Below are positions 10,201 through 22,900 of a DNA stretch of 64,000 nucleotides, in pieces. The notes beneath the pieces were generated by a model. That model was not told the origin of the DNA. It did no database searches and saw nothing but the letters and a program-made list of their open reading frames with translations. The number at the start of each line of letters is the position of its first letter. Positions within the stretch are counted from its first letter, which is position 1. The translations under genes were made by a program, and so were the position numbers. This DNA is from Macrostomum lignano (Eukaryota), in the NCBI GenBank assembly GCA_002269645.1, contig NIVC01001502.1:1-64000 (forward strand), read 5' to 3'.

Positions 10201-12903
10201 ACTGCTCCCGTTTTAGTGCTACGTGTTTGATGCAGCGTTTCAAATCGGCTGAGTAGGTATAGCTGAAGGTGAACAAGTTTCGATAGCCCATCTTGCACGG
10301 ACCCTGGGAGTAGGCCTTGTCAGGACATTCCTCGGCTTTGGTTGTTTTGTCTTTGGTCTTCTTTGGCTTGTGTTTTCCGCAAGTCTTGACAGTAAAGGTG
10401 CGCTGCTCCTTGCATCGGCCAGTTTTCGGATCGGGTTCGTAGTGCGCCACAAGCACTCGTGTCCGGCCGTCCGTGCATGGACCCGGCTCCAGTACGCGCG
10501 GCTTTGGGCACACGCCCGGTTTGTGCTTGCCGCAGGGCCGATTCTCGATGCTGAATTTGCGAACGCATCGGTTGCCTTCCTTCTTGATGCGCTCGTAGTA
10601 CTGTCGGGTGATGTGCCGCAGGCCGTCAACGCATGGTCCCTGCTTCAGTACGTTTGGCGGACAAGGCTGCTCTTCCGTTTCGCCATCGCCGCAACTCTCT
10701 GTTACGCTGTGCGAGCTTTCGACGCACTTGCCAGCTGGATCTCGTGAGTATTCGGTGCGAATCAACGTCCTGAAGCCGTCTTTGCAGCGGCCTCTCTCGA
10801 CAACTTTCGGCGATGGACAACGTTTCGCTGGATCTGAATTTTGGGAATTAAAGCTCTGAAGCTTGGGAATTGCGAACTTTTGGGTGAAGCAAGAAGCGTA
10901 AATTGTGCTGTGATTGCTGGAAACTTACCAGAAGCGCCGCAAGCCTCCACATTTATAGACGTCTTTTCAATGCATTCGTGTGCAGAACTGCTACCAGGTT
11001 TAGCTTTGCCGCGAATGTAATAAAACTTGAACACCTGTCTGTGCCGACCGGTGCAAGGCTTCTGGTAGTATCGCGGCTCCGGACACCCGTCGGAGTCATC
11101 CTTACCACCCGGCTTCTTTTTCGGACAGTTCGGGTAGGCGAAGTCTTTGTGCAGGACGCAGCCGCCTTTGCCGTCCGGCTCGTAGTGCATCACCAGCGTC
11201 TTCTGCCGATTGTTGCGCCTGTTGCAGGACCCTGGCTCCACCGTTCTCGGCTCCGGGCATACGCCTGAGTGGGGGTATCGAGAATAAGAATTTATTTTTT
11301 TATTAGAGGCAGAAGCTGTGTGCACCCTGACGCTCTTCAAGCGACATTGTCGCATAACCGGCGAGAGGCATTACTGCCCATTTTGTCGACGACGCCTGAG
11401 CAGGCACACAAGTGCGCGGATTTTTCATTCGCACAGGCACACACACGCAGGAGTTTACAGTGAGCCTAATTTTATTTATCGTCAGGCATGCGTACACTTC
11501 ATTTTGCCTTGTGGGTTAGCCCCTACGTCCTGGGCATTGATTAAGACCGTGAGCGTGAGGCACAGTAGATTTCTTAAAGAACTTGCCATTTTCGGGGTTT
11601 ATGCTTGAGTGTTCATTATCATCCGAGGCTCTTTGATAGGTGCGTGCTGTCAGTTGAAGGGCTGTTTTTGGGAAAGCATAGTCATTTTATGGAGGACTAC
11701 AATTAGAGAGACTTTCTTTGGAATGTTGTCGTTATTAGTTAAGGTTATTAGTGTGGTTATTACTTCGTAGTTAAGGGCTGTTAGTTGATTTGATGTAGAT
11801 GGCGTCGAAAGTTCAAGTGGAGCAAGTACTCGTAGACCCGTAGACCTGTTGCACTGCTGGAAACTCCAGATGGCAGGCCACATTATCTGTGTCGGGTTGT
11901 ACTGTTCAAATTTAAACATACGTACATGCTTTCGCAGGAGGGTTCTGGGCACCCTTTCGCAACAACTTCGGCGACATCTTTCAGCAAGCAGTGCTGAGCC
12001 AGTTCTGTCTATTCCACTGATTTCTGGGCACATAAAAATATGGAAACGCAGGCAGGCATGCGTGCACTCAGCTTTTAGTCGACTGCCTGCTAGCTGATGG
12101 CGACGCCGCCCCAGACAGATCAGGCCTACGTTTGCTTCAAAGCCTTGTGACGCTGTTTTCACTTTAATTTTAATTGAGATCTTTGTCAGAGCTTTGTCTT
12201 TGTTTCTTTGTTTGGTAATCGGGCGTAAAGAATATCTGAAAACAGAGTTGAGAATTTCTAGACAATAAAAATCATTTACTCCCACCTTTTTTAGCGCCGG
12301 CTTTGTCGCAAGAGACCTCTTTTAATTGTATGTTCCTCTGGCACCGATTCAAATAGGGATTCCATTTGTAGAGCGTGATCACCACGCTTTGAAGTCCGTC
12401 AGTTCGACAAGCCGACTTAGTCTCCGATCTTGGAGGGCAACCTGCTAGGCCAAGTCGTTTGATTAAATTCTTACGCCATGGTTAAAGTCTATAAATAGTA
12501 AACACTACTGTACAACATATATCTGTCGCTTTGATCGAGAGCTTGTAAGGTTTACTGTCTTCCACGATGTGAAATTTCGATCTTGTGAAAGCAATCCGTA
12601 GTGAATCAACATCAGAAGAATCAGTGAATCAGATACAGAATGCTACAGCATCAATCACAGTTTCCATGCTCACAAAAGAGAAAATTCTCAAATCTCTATA
12701 TTGGCATGGAATGTTTACGCAATTGGCACTGTCTGACAATGAGAAAGTTCGTGCAGTGCAGATGCTACACCTGTGTATCCTACCAGCCTACAGTACCTAC
12801 CATGCTCGGAGCCTGACTTTTTGCACTGTCCGCAGTCCAGCAGCAGCAAAATCAGTGCCAGCAAAAGTAAAATTGGCGGCAATAGCCGCTGCCGCCTCAT
12901 CAC
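4211..12903 (-). CDS. Secreted Lys/Arg-rich protein of tandem 4-Cys modules (12 exons in window, 3' end beyond the gypsy insertion)
   Basis: Signal peptide MMRRQRLLPPILLLLALILLLLDCGQC. Exons, all GT-AG with phase-1 introns: 12903-12801, 11264-10929, 10833-10189, 10093-9941, 9866-9696, 9594-9254, 7587-7426, 7347-7177, 7075-6734, 5063-4902, 4823-4653, 4551-4211. Exons 6 and 12 are each 1 nt short (341 vs 342). Confidence 0.85.
4219..9863. repeat. Near-identical tandem duplication, period ~2520-2524 bp, ~2.2 units
   Basis: Matching ORFs recur at the offset: 5532/8052, 5927/8447, 6734/9254, 4645/7169. Confidence 0.95.
5737..6431. mobile_element. Old MITE-like element (Harbinger-like termini), duplicated at 8257-8951
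   Basis: Imperfect inverted ends: gggcccacttca...ctgctaac versus reverse complement gggaccaatttcatgaagcactgctaac, plus an internal inverted match (gaaactttggtttcatg / gaacttttggttttatg). No clean TSD. Confidence 0.4.
11650..12285 (-). mobile_element. Possible highly decayed non-LTR RT remnant in intron 1 of the Cys-rich gene
   Basis: Weak resemblance to LINE RT motifs in the expected order (SQGFEANVG; SALLAE; YEYL in another frame). No YADD. Confidence 0.25.
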
Positions 12904-15900
12904 GGCTTTTGAAATTGGACGAACAACGATGCGTCAGCGACACGTCAAGGGAGACTGCGGCTTGTTTTTGCTCGAATAGCCAGCTACTGAAATAGTCCTC
13001 TCCCCCAGCAGAGTACTAAGTTTAGTCTCTCGCTGGTCTCAGTCAACTTTAGCCGAGCACAGCAGCGTACAAAGAAATACAAAGAAATGAAATTTCTCCC
13101 CTCAGAGAGGGCGCCAAGGCTCAGCTGGGGTTGGTGACTGGCCCTGCTGGGAGGGCATTACTGGACAGAGCGGAGACAACAGCAGATTCGCCTTTTAGAA
13201 ATTCGCATCGATCGATGAGTGGGAAAGCAAGGAGAAGCAACGAAAAGCCTTCTAGAGGAAGCTCTTCTAGCGATGTCAGGAAGGCAAAGAATCTTCTACC
13301 AGCAGTTTCTACATAGTTGCATGCAGCCAGATATGCAGTTCCAGCGAAGCCTAATACGCTCTCAGTGGGAGCATATAGAAGCGGAATTCAGCTGGATCCA
13401 CACTCACATTGGCAAGTTCTATAGCACACAGCAGCAGTTGTTGACAGTGAGACTTGTCCGCCTGACAATATATAATCCCTTAGCGTAGGCATATTGTTAA
13501 AATATTTGATAATTTAGAATTTTGGATTTTAAACATCAAAGGATGCAAACTGTATGGACAGCCAATGTACAGTTATACTGTTTATAACATATTGTAACAT
13601 CGATTTTTAGAGTTCATATACAGAGCTCTAGAAGACTAATACTCACTTTAAGGTTCTCTATATACATGTATATAGCGGCTAAAATGTATACGTGAATGCA
13701 CATAATTCAAATAACACTACCGCGTGCAATATTTTAACGCGACCCACTCAAGTTCTCTAGCTTTAGAAAAATCATAAATTTAGTAATTTAGCTGATGCTT
13801 CTACTACTTGTACGTCCAGTAATACACTTGGAAGATCGAGCTGAATAAACCCTTTACATGTCAGATATGAACAGCGATGTCGGTGGAAACTTTCACATCA
13901 CCCGACGCTCAGCTGATTGATGGCGTCGACATTCTCCAGAGCAATTTAAAAATTACTTTTTGCACGTGACTTCCTACATGTACGATGTCGGTTACTCCTC
14001 GTCCTCGTACATGTACGTCGGAATGTTCCACGTGACTAGGACTCATTAAAGCTGTTACGTTCTTAACTTGTCCTTGCACGAGACATGAACATGCTCCGCT
14101 GTGCAGTATAGTCGAAAAACTTTATAAATGAACTCTGATAGGAAATACGTACACAAACACTTCGCATCTACTGATACTGTGATATCCTGTACGAAATTTA
14201 AGCTACAGTAGTGTAGTGCCCTCCTTTTTTATAGAAATCTTAGTATAAGCTACATGTACATGTACATGCATCTGAATATATTTCAATGTACAATGTCTAC
14301 ATGTATTTACGCACATGTATTTGATATAACTCGGGATGAATAATTACCTGTTATATTTTAATTCATATGCCCTATTTAGTTGATTTAAATCTCTAGCTCT
14401 AATTAGCGATTGCGAAAAGTTGAGCATGCGTATAGATTATTTGAACGGAACGGCATATTGGGCAATAGGCGTTGGATTTACATGTACAGAATAAAACTGT
14501 GAAATTGAATGCTTGCATGTGCATGTTCATACACAGTACATGTAATTGCATCGGAGCCGATTTCACGCACCTACCAGCTGTCTGCCAAGGACTACTAAAT
14601 AGTAGATTCTTTGACCTATGCATGCATGTACAGTTTAGTATGTGGAATTGTATATAGTATATCTCAGTGTGACCATTTGCATGCGCAGGCTCTTGTAGTT
14701 TTGATCAGATTGCTATAAATTGCTATAAATTGCTATATTAATTGTTTACATGTACAAATGAGCTATGAAAGATCTACAAGCTAGCTGCGCGCAGTCTATT
14801 TAGTCAATTTACATTCCATACAGTGACGCCATTTCACTTGAAAGAAAGCAGTTTAATCAAAGAACTTTGACACTAAGTTATTTGGGGCTGATGATTTTCT
14901 TTGTGGGCACCCATGCAATATCATAATTATATGTAGATGGGCTCTATATCATTAGGGACGAGTCTACAGCACGTACTTTAGAGACCAGTAGAATGGTCGA
15001 TGATCATTAAAGCGACACCGACTGCTGGGGGGGGGGGGTACAGCAAGTAATGGTAGAGTCTTCTGGATTAGTGAATAACCGCACAGTAAGAAATCAAAAA
15101 CGATCGTGATAATCAGGATTGCGAAATCTGCGCTCTGCTTTTATGAGACGTGGCGTACGAGCAAGATCGTAGTCGTAGAAAGATTCAGGTTGTTGCAGTT
15201 TATGTTAAAACATGCATGCAATTTTCATGACATAGAGGTAGCTTAAGTAAATCTAATCATTAGAAAAATAACGGGCAGAATTTCGATTCGCGATATGAAA
15301 ACAACGTATTCTTTCTATACAATCGGTATACTGCCAATGTAGGAAACAACGCGATTTCTCTCACTATGGAACCGAACCAAAACGGTAATATTTTAGAAAC
15401 CCCTTTTTTGGTCCGATATACTATTGGAAGGTAAAGAGAGGGTAGCGGTGAAAGTTGACTGTAGTTTTTAATTTAAAAACTCACAGTGCTCCTAGACCTG
15501 ATTTAAAAATTAACTGAGGGGCAATTAAAGTTTTTTTGGTTTAAATTTTACGTAGAAATTGTCTTATAAATAGAGTTATTAGAATGTAGTATGGAATTCG
15601 CATAGTATTCATTTTTACATTTAGATGATTTAACTGCCTAAGCGTTAATAACGAAACACGAACTTTAAATAAAATATAATTTAATGATCGCGCCAGATTT
15701 TTTAACGTAACAAGTAACAAGTTTGGTAGAAAGAAAGGTACTAAACTTGATAGAAAACCAGAAAACGCCAATTCTACTCATTAAGCATAGTTGTGGTAGT
15801 GGTAGCCTAGCCTTTAGTTAGTATTGCATTTATTAAATAGTTTTTATAAAAGTTTACTGTAGATTGTTATGTCTAATTGAATCTCCGATTTTTGTCAAGT

Positions 15901-15930
15901 AGCTGACATTTTCAGATTTAATCAAGCAAA

Positions 15931-18900
15931 ATGGGTTGTTTTGGTGGAAAAAAGAATTTAGCAACGGAAAAAAGTGAACTTTCGAAAAACATTGAAAGAA
16001 AGCTTGAGAAGGAGAGAAAGGATTACAAGTCAACTCATCGACTTTTACTTCTGGGTATGATAAAAGTTCATATTTGTTTTTTATTTTATAAGGATGAGAA
16101 TGACATTTTTGATGTGCATTTGTCTTAGTTATTTAAAAAATATTTGCTGCCTGAAAGTAAAAAAAAATTGCAGTAAGGTTGTCCATTGTGCTTAGTATCA
16201 ATGTATCATATGGGCCTTAAATAAGTGTTCCTAAATATATTTTTCATCAATTATAATTCTCAGTCATTGTATAAATATATTAATTGATTTTTTTTATTTT
16301 TAAGAAAATGAGTTCTTGTAAATTTTTCAAACTCAAAAGTAACAATTTTAAGCAAAAGGTGATTCAAAGGTAAATGATTTTAGTTAGATACATAGAAGAG
16401 AACTCCTTTGTAATTAGGTAAAGTGGCTCGCTTGATGAAGAGTAGATAAATAAAAGTAAATATCAACATGAAGTTATTTATTTATTTATTTGAGATGAAG
16501 AGTAGATAAATAAAAGTAATTAGCCTGTCTCTCTGAAGTTAGAAATAAATAAATAACTAACTTCATATTGATATTTACTTTTATTTATCAACTCCTTTGT
16601 AAATTTTGATTTTGAAAATAGTAAAAAAGGCATAGAAATAAATATTATTTGCTAAAGTTAATATTCCTAATATATAATAACTAATAGAAATATACCAATT
16701 TTTATTGCAACTCTTATTAATATATCAAGGCTATAGTCTAGATAGATTAAAAATACCTGGCTTGGTTTGTATAGACTATACTTATAGTCAAAAAAAGTTG
16801 GCTTTACTTTTGTTATAGAAAATTCTAGCTAGGGTTTCTATACTTCCTAATCTAACTTGTATTCTTCAATATTTAATTATGGGATATATTTTTACTCTAT
16901 GCTATGGCTAGCCTATAAATATATATTCATACTTAGAAATATTATATAAACAGTGTAGATAACCGGTCGTTTCACCCATAAACCATTTCGGCCATGGACA
17001 TTTCGCCTCTATACCATTTTGCCAATAGACCATTTCGCCCACAGACCATTTCATCCATAGACTGTTTTAGCCATGGACCATTTCTAAACTTTACAGTTTT
17101 AAACTCTGTTCTTAAATTTTCAATTTTGGTGACAAATCTTATTCTTTTAGTATTTCTATCTTTACCTTGCTATAAAACCAAAACCTTTTCTTATCCTCAG
17201 CTGTTCAAATTGGCTTTAATTGTCACACTTTTGAAAGAAATGACTTTTCAAAAACTCATAATAATTTACAATTGTAATAAACAAAGTTGCAATAACACAA
17301 TTATTGTAGCAACTATTCAGATCATAGTTTTTTCATATTAAAACTAAAAATTAGCATTGAAAAAAGAAAGGAAAGATACCTGTATGGCTGTATCTCTAAA
17401 TTACATATTCACCATTTTGGCCAAAATGCATATAGCCAAAATGCAAAACGGACTATGGGCAAATTTGTCTAGGGGCAAAATGTCCATGACCCAAACAGTT
17501 TGGAGGCAAAACAACCAGAATTCATAGTGTATAAAGAGCATATAGTTCATTCCAAAAGTGTATTCTAATGTATAATGTGCTACCTTCTTGAGTATGATAC
17601 AAGAGTTTCTAAAACTGTTACTCTTGTAGTACTAGATAAGCTAATGCTAGATAAGCTTTGGGTTATGCTAAACATTATATTTTCACCTAATTAATATATT
17701 TTCTAATTTTAGTCATTTTAAAAGAAAAAAGATACAAAGATTAATTGCTATAAAGTTATTGATTTATTTTAAATTCTAAATGCAAAAAGAAAATCCAAAT
17801 TCTCAATTAAATAGTTTGTAAATTTTCTATATTTGATAAATTATAAATCCTAACTCTAGGTAGAAAATGGTATTTATTTATTTATTTGATATGATAAAAG
17901 CAATATGGTTTTAATAGCACTATTAATTGCAAGATTTTGGGCACCTTTGTGCAGTATCTTTGGTCATATTATCTCATCATTATTACTTCAACAATTCTGC
18001 TCATTTTGCTCCTGAGCATCTACAAGCATATAATAACTATATGCAGGTGTAAATTGGCCCAACTTTCTAGTTATAAGGCATTTATACTCCCAGTTGATTC
18101 AAAAATTTTGGACCCTATAATTTTTATCAACTTTACTGAAATATTCATACTAGAGTTTAAATGATAAGTCTAATTTATTCTATAACTCTCATTTTTTATT
18201 GTAAACATTTTAGGCGCTGGAGAATCAGGAAAAAGTACAATTGTGAAGCAGATGCGAATCCTGCACATTGACGGCTTCACTCCAGAGTAAGTTTGTTTAT
18301 ATTGACCAATTTTCAATTTCTAAAAAATTGCCCTTTATAAATGGAAGATAAAGAATGAAAAAACATTGAGCTTTTGCTGGATAGTGGAATTGCCTTTTGA
18401 AATAGTTGTTTTAGTTTGAGAATGCATACAGTCAGTACCTATTTTGCAGGCATATGCTCCTTCGGGGTGCTTCAGGGTGTACAGCAGCCTTGACTTTCTA
18501 TATTGTCAGGCGGTGTGTCAGGCTTCACTGTCTGACGCCCAGGCTCACAGGTGCAAAAGCACTGACTTGACTTACTTGACTTAGCTGCAGGGCTGTCCTG
18601 GATGGGACACAGCGGGGAGGGGCGCGAACACCCATTCCACTAATCCCTGAACAGCCGACGGGTCGCTACGCTATGGAGGAAGGGATGGCAACGCCCAGGG
18701 AGGTCCCCTGGTGTCGCCAGCAGGGTCCCTGTCCCTAGACAAGGTTTTATTATCCATAGTTGGCTCGAAGACCATGATAAAGGTTGGTGAGCTACCCTCA
18801 AAGGGGCGTGGTACCCACCCAGCCGCTCCACCTGACCGGGCAGTAGGCCAAAAGAACCCTCAAGGCTGGCCCGACACCAGGAGGGGAACCGCTAGCGACC

Positions 18901-19875
18901 AGACAACTCCCTGGACTTCCAGCCCATCGGCACGGTCGAACACCTTAGGCATTAGAGGGTACGTTGAGCAGTACCACAGCCTGCGGACTGGCGAGCCAGA
19001 GCAGCATACCCAAGTTTGGCAAAAGCCACTGGATGGGTAGCCAGCGCCGGAGCCCAGTCTGTCCGGCAGCCCTAGGGTCCACCTTGAACACTCGCGGGGA
19101 CGGGTACCCTGGGTCGACTTGCGAGACAGCGTGGGGGGGGGTGGTCTGCGGCTGCCAGCGGCAAATAGAGGTTGCAGAACTCCCACCAGCCTTAACCTGC
19201 TGAAGATGGGGGCAGGCGTGAAGCATCGCAGACCGTAGCCCATAGGCCTGTTTTGTCTCATACTTCACTGGCATGTTGAATACACCTTAACGAGCGCAAA
19301 AGCACTGAATTAATGTAAGAATCGAACTCAGTACTTTAGCGTGACAGTCCCAGTTAATCTGTCCTTCCATCTAAATCTTTATCAAGATTGTTTCTGAACT
19401 TTCAAAACCAATTTTTACCTTTAACAGAGAGAAAAAGCAGAAGATTTTGGACATTAAAAAGAACATTCGCGACGCCATCCTGTCCATCACGGGCGCCATG
19501 AGCAATCTGACGCCGCAGATTTCGCTAGAGCACGCCGATTACGAGCCTTACATCGAATACCTGCAGACTGAGGCGCCCAAGCCCGACTTCGACTACCCAG
19601 AGCAGTTCTTTCGCTACACGGCGCTGCTTTGGCAGGACTCGGGCGTCAGGGCCTCCTTTGACCGGTCCAATGAGTACCAGCTGATCGACTGCGCCAAGTA
19701 GTGAGTCTGGAGCTCTGCTTTGGTGGCGAGTTGAGGCTGTCTGTCTGTTTGTCTGCCTGTCTCTCTGTTTGTCTGTCAGCCTGTCCGCCTGTCTGTTTGT
19801 CTATCTGTCTGTCTGTCTGTCTGCCTGCCTGTCTGTCTGTCTGCCTGTCTGTCTGTCTGTCTGTCTGTTTGTCTA

Positions 19876-19930
<55 letters not shown>

Positions 19931-22900
19931 GTCTGTCTGTCTGCATGTCTGTCTGTCAGTCTGTCTGTCTGTCTGTCAGTCTGTGTGTACCTGTCCGTTT
20001 GCCTATTTGCCTGTCTACCTCCCATATCATATCTGCCTGCTTCCTTCTTAAGTGATTGATTCAGTTTGTCAGTCATTCTCAGTCAGGATAGATGCGGGTT
20101 TTTATTTTTATTCCACTCGATAGTCGAGGTTTCCAGCTTTATTTTGTGGCGCATTTTTTATTATAATCTCTTATCTTCACTGTCTAAACATAGAGCCTGT
20201 TCCTCGATATAGAGCAGTCAAGGGCAGCTCGGGGTGTTAGTTTCCTTAAAAGGGAGCACAAGTCTCAACTGCGATCTCTTGTATATTGCATCGAATTTCA
20301 ACATTTTTTTAGCTCAGGCTTCAACTCGCTCTTTCACAGCGTCACCTTTAGCTTTGGGATCTGCTGTATGCGGTGCAGGCCTGTATGCGGTGCAATGGGC
20401 TAAAGTTTAGCGCAATTCTTAGCTATCAATAAAAAACCTCTTTGGAGTGCAAAGCAGCTGTACAGCTTGTGTACGGTGTACTTTTATTTGCTTCCTTTCT
20501 TTAGCGACGGTTGTCCAAGGTTGACGCTAAAATTCCTCTCTGTTTTAATTTATGACCTTAGAGCCTGCGCGCGAAAAAAAGAACTATGAGAGTATCCAAT
20601 GTGTCTCCTCAGTAGCGGTGCCGAAAGTCCTAAATGAAAGTTCTTTAGGCTATTGTATTTTTTCTCTGATTTTTACTGCACGTTGAGTCTTGGCATCTCA
20701 GGAACTCCCCCATTGAGCCATGGCATCTCAGCAACTCCTCCATTTAGCCATGGAATCTCAGCAACTCCCATTGAGCCATGCCATCTCAGAAACTCCCCCA
20801 TTAAGCCATGGCATCTCAGCAACTCCCCCATTGAGCCATGGCATCTCAGAAACTTTCCCATTGAGCCATGGCATCTCAGAAACTCCCCCATTAAGCCATG
20901 GCATCTCAGCAATTCTTCCATTGAGCCATGGCATCTCAGAAACCCCCCCATTGAGCCATGGCATCTCAGAAACTCCCCCATTGAGCCATGGCATCTCAGC
21001 AACCCCCATTGAGCCATGGCATCTCAGAAACTCCCCCATTGAGCCATGGCATCTCAGCAACCCCCATTGAGCCATGGCATCTCAGCAACCCCCATTGAGC
21101 CATGGCATCTCAGAAACTCCCCCATTGAGCCATGGCATCTCAGAAACTCCCCCATTGAGCCATGGCATCTCAGCAACTCCTCCATTTAGCCATGGCATCT
21201 CAGCAACTCCCATTGAGCCATGCCATCTCAGCAACTCCCCCATTGAGCCATGGCATCTCAGCAACTCCTCCATTTAGCCATGGCATCTCAGCAACTCCCA
21301 TTGAGCCAGGCCATCTCAGAAACTCCCCCATTAAGCCATGGCATCTCAGCAACTCCCCATTGAGCCATGGCATCTCAGCAACTCCCCCATTGAGCCATGG
21401 CATCTCAGCAACTCCCCATTGAGCCATGGCATCTCAGCAACTCACCATTGAGCCATGGCATCTCAGCAACTCCCCATTGAGCCATGGCATCTCAGCAACT
21501 CCCCATATTGAGCCATGGCATCTCAACCGGAAGGAGTGATTTATGCTTGAACTTTTTTGCGTGCTTGACTGCTTCAAGGCGGCACTCAAATTTGAAAGCA
21601 GACATCTCACTAGGCGAGTATTTCTTTGCATTGCTCATCGAGCTGATGCCTGTCGATGCGGGCCCTTTATTTTCCCAACTCGGGAGAGTTTCTGTAGTTT
21701 GGAAATACCTGCAATTATAGCCCATCCTGTCCTACATATAGCTAGGTAGAGATAGAGATAGCAAGCCTTCGAGTTGAGCTTAACTAGAGGCCTAGAAAGC
21801 GAGACAGGACATGTTTGACAGGCATCATTTACTTGAGACTTTGTCCCTCTTTCTCTGCTTGATAGCAGATGATTTTTGTATGCTTGCTAAAGTTCTTTTT
21901 TCTTATATTTTTTACTTTAAGTAGTCTAGTATGAGAAAGTTTTTCATTTTTATCTATATGGTATTCAAACATTTCTGAATTCCGAGGATTTAGGGCAGGC
22001 CACAGATACTAAAATAACTAGATGAGCCACTCAGGCATATACTTAGCAAAACAGCTTTCTACTTTCAGTTCAGTAGCAAAAATAAGAATACATAAGCTAT
22101 TTTATAAAAATAAAGGCGGCTGAACTGACTTTGATAAGTTTAGAAGCTCAAAGCTTGCAGGCGTAAACAGCTTGCTAATTGGTTCAGCAATAATGTACAT
22201 TGGCCAGTCCACTGAAATGTACATGGCAGCTTTAGGCTGGAATTCCGAGAAACGCAATCAAAATTGGAGCGGGGCGGGGCCGGGGGGTAGTGGAAAGGCG
22301 CGGTTAGAAAATTATTCTGAAAATTAAAACAAATTGTTTATCATAGAATCGCGCGCAGATTTGACTTTCACAAAAGAACGGTAGAAATAAGTGGAAGGCC
22401 TTCCACATAACCACAAAACGATATTACAGTTGGCTGTAATCCCTGTTTAATTCCCTCTCGTCCCAGCTTCCTAGACAAAGCGGAAGAGGTCGGCCGTCCG
22501 GACTACGAGCCCTCCGAGCAGGACATCCTTCGATGTCGAGTGCTCACGTCTGGCATCTTTGAGACAAAGTTCAGCGTTGACAAAGTGCAGTTTCACATGT
22601 TTGACGTCGGCGGCCAGAGAGAGGAGAGGCGCAAGTGGATCCAGTGCTTCAACGACGTCACGGCTATCATATTTGTCACGGCCTCCTCGTCTTACAACAT
22701 GGTGTTGCGCGAGGATCCAACGCAGAACCGATTGAAAGAGAGTCTGGAGCTGTTCCAGTCCATTTGGACCAATAGGTTGGTTGGATTTTCAACTAGTTTC
22801 AACTAGCCCCTTAAAACAGCCCTGCAAACCTAAAACAGATCTAGAATCTCCCTAAAGCAACTCTAGAATCTGCCTGAAGCAGCCCTAGAATCGCCCCTGA

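Noticed and set aside
13219-13488. ORF containing EFSWIHTHIG, faintly like an RNase H motif
   Set aside because: A single short motif with no catalytic acidic residues; insufficient evidence.
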